Shown: piece by piece, positions 1 through 9,778 of the stretch
How the letters are laid out: each line of letters begins with the position of its first letter
Position numbering within the stretch: the stretch's first letter is position 1
Origin: Syntrophaceae bacterium UBA6252
GTDB taxonomy: Bacteria > Desulfobacterota > Syntrophia > Syntrophales > UBA6807
Assembly: GCA_002441265.1 (NCBI GenBank)
Contig: DJVQ01000036.1
Span: 37,057-101,056, forward strand
Length of the DNA stretch: 64,000 bases
Direction of reading: 5' to 3'
Made by a program: the position numbers and the translations under genes
The notes under the pieces: model-generated
Database searches by the model: none
Told to the model about the DNA's origin: nothing
The model's input: the letters and a program-made list of their open reading frames with translations, nothing else

Positions 1-17
1 TGCTCTGTCAAGCGAAA

Positions 18-785
18 TTACAGACAGATCCGGCCTACTTCCTGGAGAACGGAGAGGGAGCGGATCTCCCGGCCGACGATATGACGGATCATCCCGTGGA
101 GCACCTGGCGGCTTTCCCCGAGGGAACGGGGGGAGAAAGCGACCCGGGAAAGCCGTTCCGCTTCAAGGTTTCTGCCGTAAAGGAGGGTTTTGGCCGTTCC
201 CGGGGAAAGGGGCCAGGTGGTGTCCTCCGGAACGGCGCACCTTTCGCAGCGGATCCCTCCGTCGGCGGGACGGAAGGTGGGGCGGGAAATCTCTTCGACG
301 GCTGTGCCGCAGACGACGCAGCGTTCCAGGGAGGGTTCGTAACCGGAGTGCCGGAGGAGACGGAATTCGAAGAATCGCAGGAGGGCCTCCGTGGCGTCGT
401 TCTCCTCGAAGAGGTCGAGAAAATCCTCGATGAGGGCGAAAACGGAAAGGTTTTTCTTCCCGTCCACGGTGAAGAGATCGACGAGCTCGATCATGTAGGA
501 GGCCATGAGGGTCTTTTCGAGGTCCCCCCGGATCCCGGGATAGTTCTTCCGCACGTCGCATCCCTCGATCAGGGCGAAGCCGTCCCCGGACCCTGCGGTG
601 AAGAGGATGGTGGAACAGGAGAACAGGTCGAGTGCGTTGGCGAAACGCTTCCGGCTCCGCCTCGCCCCCTTGGCGATCCCCCTGAGCTTGCCCCGGTCTT
701 CCGTGAAGAAGGAGACGATCCGGTCCGATTCCCCGTAATCGACGGTCCGAAGGACGTATCCTGAGGTCTTGCCGCGGATCTTCAT
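18..785 (-). CDS. recO: DNA repair protein RecO
   Basis: 255-aa ORF. N-terminus MKIRGKTSGYVLRTVDYGESDRIVSFFT looks like the RecO OB-fold. C-terminal zinc motif CVVCG...RCERC is present. Confidence 0.9.
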   Translation of the reverse strand: MKIRGKTSGYVLRTVDYGESDRIVSFFTEDRGKLRGIAKGARRSRKRFANALDLFSCSTILFTAGSGDGFALIEGCDVRKNYPGIRGDLEKTLMASYMIELVDLFTVDGKKNLSVFALIEDFLDLFEENDATEALLRFFEFRLLRHSGYEPSLERCVVCGTAVEEISRPTFRPADGGIRCERCAVPEDTTWPLSPGTAKTLLYGRNLEAERLSRVAFSPRSLGESRQVLHGMIRHIVGREIRSLSVLQEVGRICL

Positions 786-788
786 GGC

Positions 789-2147
789 TTATGTCAGCAG
801 CTTGAGGAACAGGGTGGCCAGGCCGAGGAAGGAGAGGAAACCGAAGGAATCGGTGAATGCGGTGATGAAGATCTGGGATCCCAGGGCCGGGTCCGCCTTG
901 AACCATTTCAGTCCGAGGGGAATCAGCGTCCCGATGAGGGTTCCGACAAAGATGTTGAGAATCATGGCGAGGCAGAGGACCAGCCCGAGGATTGGCAATC
1001 CTTTCCAGTACCAGGCGATGAGTCCCACGAGCCCCCCGACGGCGACGCCGTTGACAATGCCCACCAGGAGCTGCCTCAGCACGGCCTTCCACGAGTTGGT
1101 CGAGTTCACCTCCCCGATGGCGAGGCCCCGGACCACCAGCGTCAGCGTCTGGCTCCCGGCGTTCCCTCCGAGGCCGGCGACGACGGGCATGAACAGGGCG
1201 AGGACCACCATGACCTGAAGCGTGTCCTCGAAGGCCCCGATGACGATGACCGAAGCGAAGGCCGTGAAGAGGTTGAGAAACAGCCAGGGGAGCCTCTTTT
1301 TCACCGATTCCATGGGAGGGCTCAGAATGCTGTCGTCTTCCTGGAGGCCGGCGATCCGGTACAGGTCCTCCGAGGTCTCCTCCTCCATGACGTCGACGAT
1401 GTCGTCCACGGTGATCCTTCCGAGAAGGTGGTTTCCGGCGTCCACCACGGGCAGGGAGACGAGGTCGTATTTTTCGAACATCCGGGCCACTTCCTCCTGG
1501 TCCACGTCGACGAGGACGCTGGGAATGGACCGGTCGATCGCATCGGCCACGGGATCGTTCCGCCTGGAGGCGACGAGTTTCTGGAGCGGGACGACGCCGA
1601 TGAGTTTCCGGTCGGCTTCGACGACGAATACGTTGTAGACGTTTCCGATTTCCTCGGACGCGTCCACCACCGCCTGGAGGGCCTGCCGGATCGTCGCGTC
1701 CGACGGGACGGTGACCATCTCCGACTGCATGAGGCCGCCGGCGGTGTCTTCCTCGTACTTGAGGAGTTCCTTCAGGTCCTCCGACTCTTCCGGCTCGATC
1801 TTTTCCAGGATCGCCCGGGCCTGGTCCTCCGGGAGTTCGGCGATGAGGTCCGCCGCGTCGTCCGAATCCATCTCGTCGATGATTTCGGCGATCTGCCTGT
1901 TCGAGAGGTCGCTTAGGATTTCCTCTTTCGACTGGTCGCTGAGTTCGAGGATGACGTCGGAGGCCTTTTCAACCTCCAGGAGGGAGAACAGGCGGATCTT
2001 TTCCTGCTCCGCCAGGTGGTCGATCAACTCGGCGATGTCGGCGGCGTGAAGGGTGGAGAAGGAATCGATGATATCGAATTCCCGGTTCTCCCGGATCCAC
2101 TCCCGCAACTGGTTCAGTTTTCCCACGAATTCACCTGAATCGGTCAT
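789..2147 (-). CDS. mgtE: Magnesium transporter MgtE
   Basis: 452-aa ORF. Acidic MgtE N-domain (DEMDSDDAADLIAELPEDQA), a tandem CBS region, and a hydrophobic C-terminal channel domain. Confidence 0.92.
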   Translation of the reverse strand: MTDSGEFVGKLNQLREWIRENREFDIIDSFSTLHAADIAELIDHLAEQEKIRLFSLLEVEKASDVILELSDQSKEEILSDLSNRQIAEIIDEMDSDDAADLIAELPEDQARAILEKIEPEESEDLKELLKYEEDTAGGLMQSEMVTVPSDATIRQALQAVVDASEEIGNVYNVFVVEADRKLIGVVPLQKLVASRRNDPVADAIDRSIPSVLVDVDQEEVARMFEKYDLVSLPVVDAGNHLLGRITVDDIVDVMEEETSEDLYRIAGLQEDDSILSPPMESVKKRLPWLFLNLFTAFASVIVIGAFEDTLQVMVVLALFMPVVAGLGGNAGSQTLTLVVRGLAIGEVNSTNSWKAVLRQLLVGIVNGVAVGGLVGLIAWYWKGLPILGLVLCLAMILNIFVGTLIGTLIPLGLKWFKADPALGSQIFITAFTDSFGFLSFLGLATLFLKLLT

Positions 2148-2261
2148 GGATTTTCCCGCCGCCCGGAACTGTGCAAACCGTCCCCCTTATACCACTCCTT
2201 CCCGCCAAGAACAAGAAAACCCGGAAGATGGAGGGCCGTCCGGGAGCGTATGGTGGAGGGT

Positions 2262-2549
2262 GAATGCAGGCCTGGGCGTCAGCCCCGGTTGGCACGAGGG
2301 CGTTCGGATTGATGTGGCCGTTCCCGGCGGGCGCGGACGGGTTTTCCGGCTCAGGAAGCGCTTTTCGACGGTTCCATTTTTCTTGCTCCACTGCAACACC
2401 GCAACGCGCCCTTCGGGCTTGGGAGCGGTGTTGCGGGCGTTCCGCATCGAAAGGAACCGTGGGCGAAAAGGCGATTGATTCGCCTCCGGAACCGTTCCGC
2501 GCCCTTCGACGGAGGTTGTCCGCGATAAATCCCGGTGGATGATAGGACA
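2262..2549. repeat. Rep-B interspersed repeat, degenerate copy lacking the right terminal hairpin
   Basis: Shares the internal blocks (GGAAGCGCTTTTCGACGGTTCC, GCAACACCGC...GCGGTGTTGC, GCGAAAAGGCG...TTCGCC) with 2558-2852 and 19653-19944. Confidence 0.7.
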
Positions 2550-2557
2550 TCTTCAGA

Positions 2558-2852
2558 TGTAGTCCGGGGCTTCAGCCCCGGTTGGAACGGGGGATGTCGG
2601 GTTGATGCGGCCGTTCCCGGGGGTCGCGGACGGGTTCTTCCGGCTCAGGAAGCGCTTTTCGACGGTTCCATTTTTCTCGCTTCACTGCAACACCGCAACG
2701 CGCCCTTCGGGCTTAGGAGCGGTGTTGCGGGCGTTCCGCATCGAAAGGAACCGTGGGCGAAAAGGCGCTTATTCGCCTCCAAAGCCGTTCCGCGCCCCTT
2801 TACGGTGAGCGTTTCCGGCAAGGTGCCGCCGGCCCTGAAGGGCCGGACTACA
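2558..2852. repeat. Rep-B interspersed repeat, full copy (~295 bp)
   Basis: Bounded by TGTAGTCCGGGGCTTCAGCCCCGG and CCGGCCCTGAAGGGCCGGACTACA, which form a terminal inverted repeat; each end is itself a hairpin. Internally near-identical to 19653-19944. Confidence 0.8.
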
Positions 2853-2900
2853 TAAGACAGACAACGACCGGCAGAGGTTCCGGCACATGAAAATCTCCAA

Positions 2901-2924
2901 TGTAGTCCGGGGCTTCAGCCCCGG
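2901..2924. repeat. Solo Rep-B terminal hairpin
   Basis: TGTAGTCCGGGGCTTCAGCCCCGG occurs alone, without the Rep-B body. Confidence 0.6.
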
Positions 2925-2947
2925 CGGAATGAAAGAGACCCGGACGG

Positions 2948-2991
2948 CGAAAGAAGGGCAACACAGCATATGGGCTTTTTACGAAGCCGTC
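2948..2991. repeat. Rep-A 3' end fragment
   Basis: GAAAGAAGGGCAACACAGCATATGGGCTTTTTACGAAGCCGTC matches the right end of Rep-A copy 13661-13821. It abuts the pyrC stop codon. Confidence 0.6.
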
Positions 2992-4276
2992 ACAGTTCGT
3001 TGTGCCGGATTTCCCCCCCCAGGAGGGTCATGACGGCCTTTCCCTGGAGGGGCCAGCCGTGGAATGGGGAATTGCGGCTCAGGGAACGGAAGGAATCCAC
3101 GCGGACCTTCCAGAAGACGTCCGGATCGATGACGGTGACGTCCCCGTCGGCGCCCTCCTTCAGGGTACCCCGGGGGATGCGCAGGATGCGGGCGGGATGA
3201 AGGCTCATCTTCTCGACGAGTTGCGGCATGGTGAGAACGCCGTCGCGGACCAGCTTCAGGGAAAGGCCCAGGGCGGTCTCCAGCCCGATCATGCCGCAGG
3301 CGGCGTATTCGAACTCCACGTCCTTCTCGATGGAGGAATGGGGGGCGTGGTCGGTGGCGATGGCGTCGATGGTTCCGTCGGCGAGTCCCTCCTTCACGGC
3401 CTCCACGTCCCGCTCCGCCCGGAGGGGCGGGTTTACCTTGTACGCCGTGTCGTACCCCTCCAGAAGGTCTTCCGTCAGCGTGAAATAATGGGGGGCCGTC
3501 TCCGCCGTCACGGGGATCCCCGCCTTCTTCGCCTCCCGGATCGCCCGGACGGAACCCGCGGTGCTCACGTGGGCGATGTGAACGGGGACTCCCGTATATT
3601 CCGCCAGGGCGATCTCCCTGCGGACGGCGATTTCCTCCCCGATGGAGGGGATTCCCTGGAGCCCCAGTTCGGTGGAGACCCTTCCCTCGTTCATGGCGCC
3701 GTCTTTCGAGAGGAAGGGGTCCTCGCAGTGGGAGATCACGGGCATTCCGAACGAGGCGGCGTACTCCAGGGCCTGTCTCATGAGAGAGCTGTCGACCACC
3801 CATTTCCCGTCGTCGGAAAAGGCCGCGGCGCCCGCCTCCTTCAGGTCCCCGAACTCGGTGAGCACCTCGCCCCGGAGACCCCTGCTGATGGCGGCCACGG
3901 GATAGACGCGGACGATTCCGTGCTCCCGGGCCTTCCGGAGGATGAACTCGGTCACGGAGCGGGTGTCGTTCACGGGATTGGTGTTCGCCATGCAGGCGAC
4001 GGAGGTGAAGCCGCCCGCCGCGGCCGCCTCGCTTCCCGACCGGATGGTTTCCTTGTACTCGAATCCCGGTTCGCGAAGGTGGGTGTGCATGTCGACGAGT
4101 CCCGGAACGACGATCTTTCCCGTCAGGTCCCATTCCTCGATCCCGGTTCGGTCCCCCCCGGCGGTCGTTGTTTCCCCCAGGGATCTGATCCGGCCGTCCT
4201 CGATGAGAAGGTCGAGCACGCCGTCGAGGTTCTGCGAGGGATCGATGATCCGGGCGCCTCTCAAAAGCCGTTTCAC
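2990..4276 (-). CDS. pyrC: Dihydroorotase
   Basis: The longest ORF (2990-4633) is over-extended. A GTG at 4276 is preceded by AGGAGG and overlaps the pyrB stop (GTGA). The 428-aa product carries [14 protein letters not shown] and a conserved amidohydrolase core. Confidence 0.9.
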   Translation of the reverse strand: MKRLLRGARIIDPSQNLDGVLDLLIEDGRIRSLGETTTAGGDRTGIEEWDLTGKIVVPGLVDMHTHLREPGFEYKETIRSGSEAAAAGGFTSVACMANTNPVNDTRSVTEFILRKAREHGIVRVYPVAAISRGLRGEVLTEFGDLKEAGAAAFSDDGKWVVDSSLMRQALEYAASFGMPVISHCEDPFLSKDGAMNEGRVSTELGLQGIPSIGEEIAVRREIALAEYTGVPVHIAHVSTAGSVRAIREAKKAGIPVTAETAPHYFTLTEDLLEGYDTAYKVNPPLRAERDVEAVKEGLADGTIDAIATDHAPHSSIEKDVEFEYAACGMIGLETALGLSLKLVRDGVLTMPQLVEKMSLHPARILRIPRGTLKEGADGDVTVIDPDVFWKVRVDSFRSLSRNSPFHGWPLQGKAVMTLLGGEIRHNEL

Positions 4277-5196
4277 GGGGATCCTCCTGACAGCAGATAT
4301 AGCAGGGCCATTCGAACGGCGATGCCGTTGGTCACTTGTTCGAGGATCACGGACTGCATGCCGTCGGCGATGTCCGGCGCGATTTCCGTTCCCCGGTTGA
4401 TCGGCCCGGGGTGCATGACCAGGGCTCCCGGATTGGCGAGGGCCAGACGCTCCTCGTTCAGGCAGTAGAACTTGGCGTATTCCCGGATGGACGGGAAGGA
4501 CGCCCGGTGCCTCTCGAACTGGATCCGGAGCATCATGACGACGTCCCGGTTCCTGACCGCCTCTTCCATATTGCAGGTGACGGAGACGCCGAGCTTTTCG
4601 ACGTCCCTGGGGATCATCGGCGCCGGGCCGCACACGGTGACCCGGCAGCCCATCCGGGTGAGCCCGTGGATATTGGAGTGGGCCACCCGGCTGTGGGCGA
4701 TGTCCCCGATGATGGCCACTTCCAGGCCCTTGAGGCTCCCCTTTCTCCTCCGGATGGTCAGCATGTCGAGAAGCGCCTGGGTGGGGTGTTCGTGGAAACC
4801 GTCCCCCCCGTTGATGACCGAATGGCGGACCATCCGGGCGATCAGGTGGGGAGCCCCGGAAGCGCTGTGACGGATGACGACGATGTCGGGATTCATGGCC
4901 TCCAGGGTCCTTGCCGTGTCGATCAGGGTTTCCCCCTTGACGACGCTGCTCGTGGACGTGGAGATGTTGATGGCGTCCGCGCTGAGGCGTTTGGCGGCCA
5001 GTTCGAAGGACGTCCGCGTCCGCGTGCTCGCCTCGTAAAACAGGTTGATGATGGTCTTCCCCCGGAGGGTGGGGACCTTCTTGATGTCCCGCGTGGAAAC
5101 CTCGGCAAAGGAGTCCGCCGTGTCCAGGATCAGGAGGATCTCCCCGGGAGTCAGTTCCTTCATGCCGAGAATGTCTTTGCTGTGAAGCTTCATCAA
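4273..5196 (-). CDS. pyrB: Aspartate carbamoyltransferase catalytic subunit
   Basis: 307 aa. Carbamoyl-phosphate motif STRTRTSFE, plus HPTQ and HPGP motifs. Confidence 0.93.
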   Translation of the reverse strand: MMKLHSKDILGMKELTPGEILLILDTADSFAEVSTRDIKKVPTLRGKTIINLFYEASTRTRTSFELAAKRLSADAINISTSTSSVVKGETLIDTARTLEAMNPDIVVIRHSASGAPHLIARMVRHSVINGGDGFHEHPTQALLDMLTIRRRKGSLKGLEVAIIGDIAHSRVAHSNIHGLTRMGCRVTVCGPAPMIPRDVEKLGVSVTCNMEEAVRNRDVVMMLRIQFERHRASFPSIREYAKFYCLNEERLALANPGALVMHPGPINRGTEIAPDIADGMQSVILEQVTNGIAVRMALLYLLSGGSP

Positions 5197-5207
5197 TGGT
5201 TCTCCCG

Positions 5208-5741
5208 TTATCCTTCCTCCTCGATGACCACCTGATCCTTCCCGGTCCGTTCGAAGAGTTGCACCTTCACGTTTTCCCAGAGGCTCGACGGAAGGTCGAG
5301 CCCCGTGTAATCGGGCCAGATGGGAAGTTCCCTGTGCCCCCGGTCGACAAGAACGGCAAGCTGGATCAGCTTCGGGCGGCCGAAATCGATGAGCGCGTCC
5401 ATGGCTGCCCGGATCGTGCGGCCCGTGAAGAGAACGTCGTCCACGAGAACCACTTTCTTTCCGTCGATGGAGAAGGGAATGTCCGTTCTTCCCGGTTTCG
5501 GCTTGTTGTCCATCTTTGTCACGTCGTCACGATAGAACGTGACGTCGAGGATGCCGAAGGGGATTTCCCTCTTTTCGATGGCCGAGATCTTGTCTCTCAG
5601 GCGGCTCGCCAGGAAGACGCCCCCCGTGCGGATGCCGATGACGATCAGGGCGTCGGCCCCCCGGTTTTTTTCCAGGATCTCATAGGCGATCCGGGTGATG
5701 GACCTTTCGATTTCCTCTCCGTCCATGACGACCTTGTTCAT
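5208..5741 (-). CDS. pyrR: Bifunctional pyrimidine operon regulator / uracil phosphoribosyltransferase PyrR
   Basis: 177 aa. PRTase motif [13 protein letters not shown]. Sits first in a pyrR-pyrB-pyrC operon. Confidence 0.93.
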   Translation of the reverse strand: MNKVVMDGEEIERSITRIAYEILEKNRGADALIVIGIRTGGVFLASRLRDKISAIEKREIPFGILDVTFYRDDVTKMDNKPKPGRTDIPFSIDGKKVVLVDDVLFTGRTIRAAMDALIDFGRPKLIQLAVLVDRGHRELPIWPDYTGLDLPSSLWENVKVQLFERTGKDQVVIEEEG

Positions 5742-5761
5742 TCCCTTTTCCCCCTGCGATC

Positions 5762-5794
5762 AAAAAAAAAAGCCTTCCCAGGACCGGGAAGGCT
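5762..5794 (-). terminator. Intrinsic terminator-like hairpin in the pyrR leader (attenuator candidate)
   Basis: On the minus strand: AGCCTTCCC-GGTCCT-GGGAAGGCT followed by a 9-10 nt T run. It ends about 20 nt upstream of the pyrR ATG. Confidence 0.6.
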
Positions 5795-5860
5795 TCCAGC
5801 ATCGCATCTGTCAATCGTTACAGTCATCTACGTACTCGACCTGCCTGTTATTCGTCACAA

Positions 5861-5890
5861 AATATAACAGCCGGAAGGGGATGCCGTCAA
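5861..5890 (-). promoter_or_regulatory. Candidate sigma70 promoter of the pyr operon
   Basis: Minus strand reads TTGACG-N17/18-TATATT, about 100 nt upstream of pyrR. Confidence 0.4.
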
Positions 5891-5903
5891 GGAATTAATG
5901 GGT

Positions 5904-6064
5904 GACGGCTTCGTGAAAAGTTCCTGTGCCGCGTTGCCCCTCATCCCTCGACCCTTTGGCGTACCATAAGTACGCCTCATTCCTGGGATTCGGGCGCCTT
6001 TCCTCTGGTGCTTTTTACTTTGCCGTTCGAAAAAGCGTTGACCCGGCTTTTTTACGAGTTCGTC
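5904..6064. repeat. Rep-A interspersed repeat, full copy, inverted orientation
   Basis: Reverse complement aligns end to end with 13661-13821. Central hairpin GGCGTAC-CATAA-GTACGCC at 5958-5976. The terminus abuts the lepB stop codon. Confidence 0.8.
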
Positions 6065-6677
6065 AATGGATCGGTTTTCCGAGGCGGTTCCAGCGGGGGG
6101 AATTGTCCTCGCTGTCCCAGGACCAGTAGATGATGAAGGCCTTGCCAAGGATGTCCTTCCGGTCCACGAAGCCCCAGAAACGGCTGTCGTAGCTCTGGTC
6201 GCGGTTGTCCCCCATGACGAAAACGGTTCCATCGGGGACCTTGACCGGCCCGAAGTTGTCTCTCGGCTGGATGGTTTTCGGAATGACGAGATTGTCCGTG
6301 TACACCCCGTAGGGATCGTCGAAAGGCTCGTCGTTCACGTAGACTTTCTTGTCGCGGACTTCCACCGTGTCCCCGGGGATCCCGATGACCCGCTTGATGA
6401 AGTCCTTGCTCCTGTCCAGGGGGTAGATGAAGACGATGGTGTCGCCCCGCTTCGGATCGCTGACGGGGATCAGCGTGGATCGCAGAACGGGGATCTTCAC
6501 GCCGTAGATGAACTTGTTCACCAGGAGCCAGTCCCCCACGAGAAGGGTCGGTTTCATCGATCCCGACGGGATTTTGAATGCCTGGACGACGAAGGTCCGG
6601 ATGAACAGGGCGATCAGGACGGCGATCAGGATGGCTTTTCCGTATTCGATCACTACGGAGGATCTGCTTTTTACCAC
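6063..6677 (-). CDS. lepB: Signal peptidase I
   Basis: 204 aa. N-terminal TM helix, catalytic SGSMKPTL box, and GDNRDQSYDSR box. Confidence 0.92.
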   Translation of the reverse strand: MVKSRSSVVIEYGKAILIAVLIALFIRTFVVQAFKIPSGSMKPTLLVGDWLLVNKFIYGVKIPVLRSTLIPVSDPKRGDTIVFIYPLDRSKDFIKRVIGIPGDTVEVRDKKVYVNDEPFDDPYGVYTDNLVIPKTIQPRDNFGPVKVPDGTVFVMGDNRDQSYDSRFWGFVDRKDILGKAFIIYWSWDSEDNSPRWNRLGKPIH

Positions 6678-6690
6678 TGGTTTCTCCTCT

Positions 6691-7176
6691 TTACGTCGGC
6701 GCGTAGATCGTTGACAGGGTGACGATGATCATGACGATCGCCAGGCTGCCTTTCAGGGCGGTCTGGGCGGTGGAGAAGAGGATGTTTCTCCACCCGTTCC
6801 GGAAGGCCGGTTTCAGGCGAAGGTCTTCGATGATCCGGAAGAAAAGGGTTCCGGCAAGCCCCCCCAGGTAGAATCCGAGAAAAAGTCCGAGACCCTGGAG
6901 GGAGGGGTAAAGAAAACACGCCCCCGCCACCGCGGCCGCAAGAACGGCGAAAAAATACCTCACGGTAAGGGGAAGCGGCTTGTGCATTCCCAGGGAGGTC
7001 AGCCAGAAGTCGCCCCCCTCCGCGGCTGCGACCATGAGGAGGAGGGCGGCAAGAACGGTGAAGCCGACGGGGGCGAAGCTCGTCCAGATGGCGAAGACGA
7101 AGGTGTCCACAAAAATGACGACCGTTCCGGGGAGGCCGAAGTTGATGAGAAAGATCCCCAGGAACAGAAAAGCCAT
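6691..7176 (-). CDS. DUF456-like small integral membrane protein
   Basis: This is the C-terminal part of the over-extended ORF 6691-7665. The first ATG at 7176 gives a 161-aa, four-helix hydrophobic protein (MAFLFLGIFLINFGLPGTVVIF...). The start is uncertain. Confidence 0.65.
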   Translation of the reverse strand: MAFLFLGIFLINFGLPGTVVIFVDTFVFAIWTSFAPVGFTVLAALLLMVAAAEGGDFWLTSLGMHKPLPLTVRYFFAVLAAAVAGACFLYPSLQGLGLFLGFYLGGLAGTLFFRIIEDLRLKPAFRNGWRNILFSTAQTALKGSLAIVMIIVTLSTIYAPT

Positions 7177-7214
7177 GAACAGGGTGTATCCCGCGGTTTC
7201 GATGGAAGACAAGG

Positions 7215-8132
7215 CTACCTTTTTTTCTTCTCTTTTGCCGGCCTTGCCTGTTCCCATGCGAGAACGATGGGGCTGGCGATGAATATGGAGGAATAGGTTC
7301 CCACGGCGATGCCGACGATCAGGGCGAAGGCGAAGTCGCGGATGACGGCGCCGCCGAGAAAGAAGAGGGCGAGGACGACGAGAAGGGTGGTTCCCGCCGT
7401 GAGGAGCGTGCGGCTCAGGGTCTGGTTGATGCTTCCGTTGATGATTCCCCTCAGCTCGCCCCGGATGTTCGCCCTGCGGTTTTCCCGGATCCGGTCGAAG
7501 ACGACGATGGTGTCGTTCAGGGAGTACCCGATGATCGTCAGGAGCGCCGCGACGATGGGCAGCGTGAATTCCAGGTTCAGGAGGGAGAAGATCCCCACGG
7601 TGATGAAGACGTCGTGGATGAGGGCGACCACGGCGCCGATGCCGTACCGGAACTCGAACCGCCACGTGATGTAGATCAGGATGCCGATGATCGCGTAGAG
7701 GATCGAAAGCAGCCCTTTCTCCCTGAGGTCCTTGCCCACCTTCGGTCCCACCATTTCCACCCGCCGGACTTCGAAATCCCCCTTTGTGAAGGTTTTTGCC
7801 AGCGCGTCCTCGAGGGTGTCGGAAAATCCTTTCAGCTCCGACGTGGACAACGGGGTTTTCACGAGGTATTCGTTCTCTTCGTATCCGAATCTCTGGATGA
7901 CGCTGTCCTGGAGATTCACGGGCTTCAGGGCCTCGCGGATCTGCTCGACCGTCGTCGGTTTCTGGAACTTGAGCTGGACCAGCGTTCCCCCGGCGAAGTC
8001 GATTCCCATGTTGAGGCCGCCGTGGATGAGGATGGAAACGATGCTGACGGCGATCACGAAGAGGGACAGGGAGAAGGCCATCTTCATCCTGCCAACGAAA
8101 TTGATGTTCGTCCCCGGTTTGATGAGTTCCAT
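7215..8132 (-). CDS. secF: Protein translocase subunit SecF
   Basis: 305 aa with typical SecF TM topology and GIDFAGGT motif. Directly downstream of secD. Confidence 0.93.
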   Translation of the reverse strand: MELIKPGTNINFVGRMKMAFSLSLFVIAVSIVSILIHGGLNMGIDFAGGTLVQLKFQKPTTVEQIREALKPVNLQDSVIQRFGYEENEYLVKTPLSTSELKGFSDTLEDALAKTFTKGDFEVRRVEMVGPKVGKDLREKGLLSILYAIIGILIYITWRFEFRYGIGAVVALIHDVFITVGIFSLLNLEFTLPIVAALLTIIGYSLNDTIVVFDRIRENRRANIRGELRGIINGSINQTLSRTLLTAGTTLLVVLALFFLGGAVIRDFAFALIVGIAVGTYSSIFIASPIVLAWEQARPAKEKKKR

Positions 8133-8153
8133 GAGAGTCTCCTGCGCTGTTGT

Positions 8154-9755
8154 CTAAATGCTTACCGTCTTGATTTTCCGGAACCAGAGAAGGTAGTCGA
8201 AGAAGATCCTGGTCACGAAAATGGCCGTGAACATGCTGCAGATGATACCGATGCTCAGGGTGACGGCGAACCCCTTCACGGGACCCGTTCCAAACTGGAA
8301 GAGGACGACGGCGGCAATGAGCGTGGTCACGTTGGCGTCGATGATGGTCATGAGCGCCCTGGAATAACCGGCGGCGACGGCCGCGCTGGCCGATTTTCCG
8401 ACGCGGATTTCCTCACGGATGCGCTCGAAGATGAGCACGTTGGCATCCACGGCCATGCCGATGGTGAGGACGATGCCGGCGATGCCCGGCAGGGTGAGGG
8501 TCGCCCCGAAGGCGGCCAGGGCCGCCATGATGAGAATGACGTTCAGAATCAGCGCCACGTTGGCGATGACACCCGATACGCGGTAGTAAAGAATCATGAA
8601 GAAGACGACGAGAATGCCTCCCACGATGATGGACAGGAATCCTTTCTCGATGGAATCCTGGCCGAGGGAGGGTCCCACCGTCCTCTGCTCGAGGATTTTC
8701 ACGGGGGCGGGAAGCGCGCCCGCCCGAAGGACGATGGCGAGGTCCCGGGCTTCGTCCATGGTGAAGGTGCCGGTGATCTGGGCTTCACCGCCGGCGATCT
8801 TTTCCTGGATGACCGGGGCGGAGTGCACCACGCCGTCGAGGACGATGGCGAGCCGTCTTTTCACGTTCTCCCCGGTGATCCGTTCGAAATCCCGGGCTCC
8901 CTGGGAGTTGAACTTCAGGCCCACGTAGGGTTCCCCGAAACGGTCGCTGATTTTCACTGTTGCGTTTTCAAGGGCGTCCCCCGTCAGGGCGGCCTTCGAC
9001 TTCAGGAGATAGGGCGTTCTCACCCGCTGCCCCGTCTGGCGGTTCATCACCGTTCCGTAGTAAACGGCGCTTCCCTCGGGGATGTTGCCTTTCAGGGCCT
9101 CGTCGAGCGACCCCTCCTCGTCCACCAGGTGGAATTCGAGGAGCGCCGTTTTCCCGATGAGATTGATCGCCCGCCTCGGGTCCTTGATCCCCGGCAGCTG
9201 CACGAGGATCCGGTCCGTCCCCTGGGGGACGATTTCCGGTTCCGTGACGCCGAACTGGTCGATCCGGTTCCGGATCGTTTCCAGGCTCTGGTCGATGGCG
9301 AACTTCCGGATGTCGTCGGCGTTGGCCTTCCGGAACTGGAGCGTCACCGTTTCCTTCCCGTCGGTGAAGTCGGAGGACTGGATCTCCAGGTTGGGGAAGA
9401 GGTCCGCCAGGATTTTACGGAAGGTGTCCCCTTCCTCCCTTCCGGGAAGCTCGAGGGACAGGGTCTTCCCCTCGTGAACGGCGAAGGCCCGAAAGCGGAG
9501 GTTCCGTTCCATGAGGACGTCCTTCAGGTCGCTCCCCGCCCGGGTGAGGGCGTTTTCCATGGCCTTTTCCGTGTCGACCTCGAGGACGAGGTGCATCCCT
9601 CCCTGGAGGTCGAGGCCCAGATGGATCTTGTCGTGGGGGAGATAGGATTTCCAGAAGTCGGGAAGACGGTCCGTCAGGGAGGGGGTCAGGTAGAACAGAC
9701 CCGCCAGCGCGATGAGAACCGCGAGAATACCTCTCCACTTGATGCTTGAGGCCAT
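8154..9755 (-). CDS. secD: Protein translocase subunit SecD
   Basis: 533 aa. LGLDLQGG motif, large periplasmic domain and C-terminal 6-TM region. Confidence 0.93.
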   Translation of the reverse strand: MASSIKWRGILAVLIALAGLFYLTPSLTDRLPDFWKSYLPHDKIHLGLDLQGGMHLVLEVDTEKAMENALTRAGSDLKDVLMERNLRFRAFAVHEGKTLSLELPGREEGDTFRKILADLFPNLEIQSSDFTDGKETVTLQFRKANADDIRKFAIDQSLETIRNRIDQFGVTEPEIVPQGTDRILVQLPGIKDPRRAINLIGKTALLEFHLVDEEGSLDEALKGNIPEGSAVYYGTVMNRQTGQRVRTPYLLKSKAALTGDALENATVKISDRFGEPYVGLKFNSQGARDFERITGENVKRRLAIVLDGVVHSAPVIQEKIAGGEAQITGTFTMDEARDLAIVLRAGALPAPVKILEQRTVGPSLGQDSIEKGFLSIIVGGILVVFFMILYYRVSGVIANVALILNVILIMAALAAFGATLTLPGIAGIVLTIGMAVDANVLIFERIREEIRVGKSASAAVAAGYSRALMTIIDANVTTLIAAVVLFQFGTGPVKGFAVTLSIGIICSMFTAIFVTRIFFDYLLWFRKIKTVSI

Positions 9756-9778
9756 GACTGAAATCCCTTTCCGCCCGG

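Noticed and set aside
2148-2260. M-box (Mg2+) riboswitch upstream of mgtE
   Set aside because: I could not find the conserved M-box core sequence or its length (about 160 nt) before the repeat array begins. This remains untested by a covariance model.
2990-4633. 5'-extended longest ORFs for pyrC. The same issue affects queA to 12655, mazG to 13635, ACD-1 from 28028, the fusion from 32036, rhomboid to 62229, TraB to 62504, thyX to 57655 and usp to 51698.
   Set aside because: The extensions overlap the upstream gene or consist of Arg/Pro-rich sequence. Internal starts with an RBS, and with N-termini matching the family, were chosen instead.
7614-9749. 711-aa plus-strand ORF covering secF and secD
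   Set aside because: It is antisense to two genes with unmistakable SecD/SecF motifs. Its translation is a low-complexity, Arg/Gly/Asp/His-rich product typical of spurious long ORFs in GC-rich DNA.
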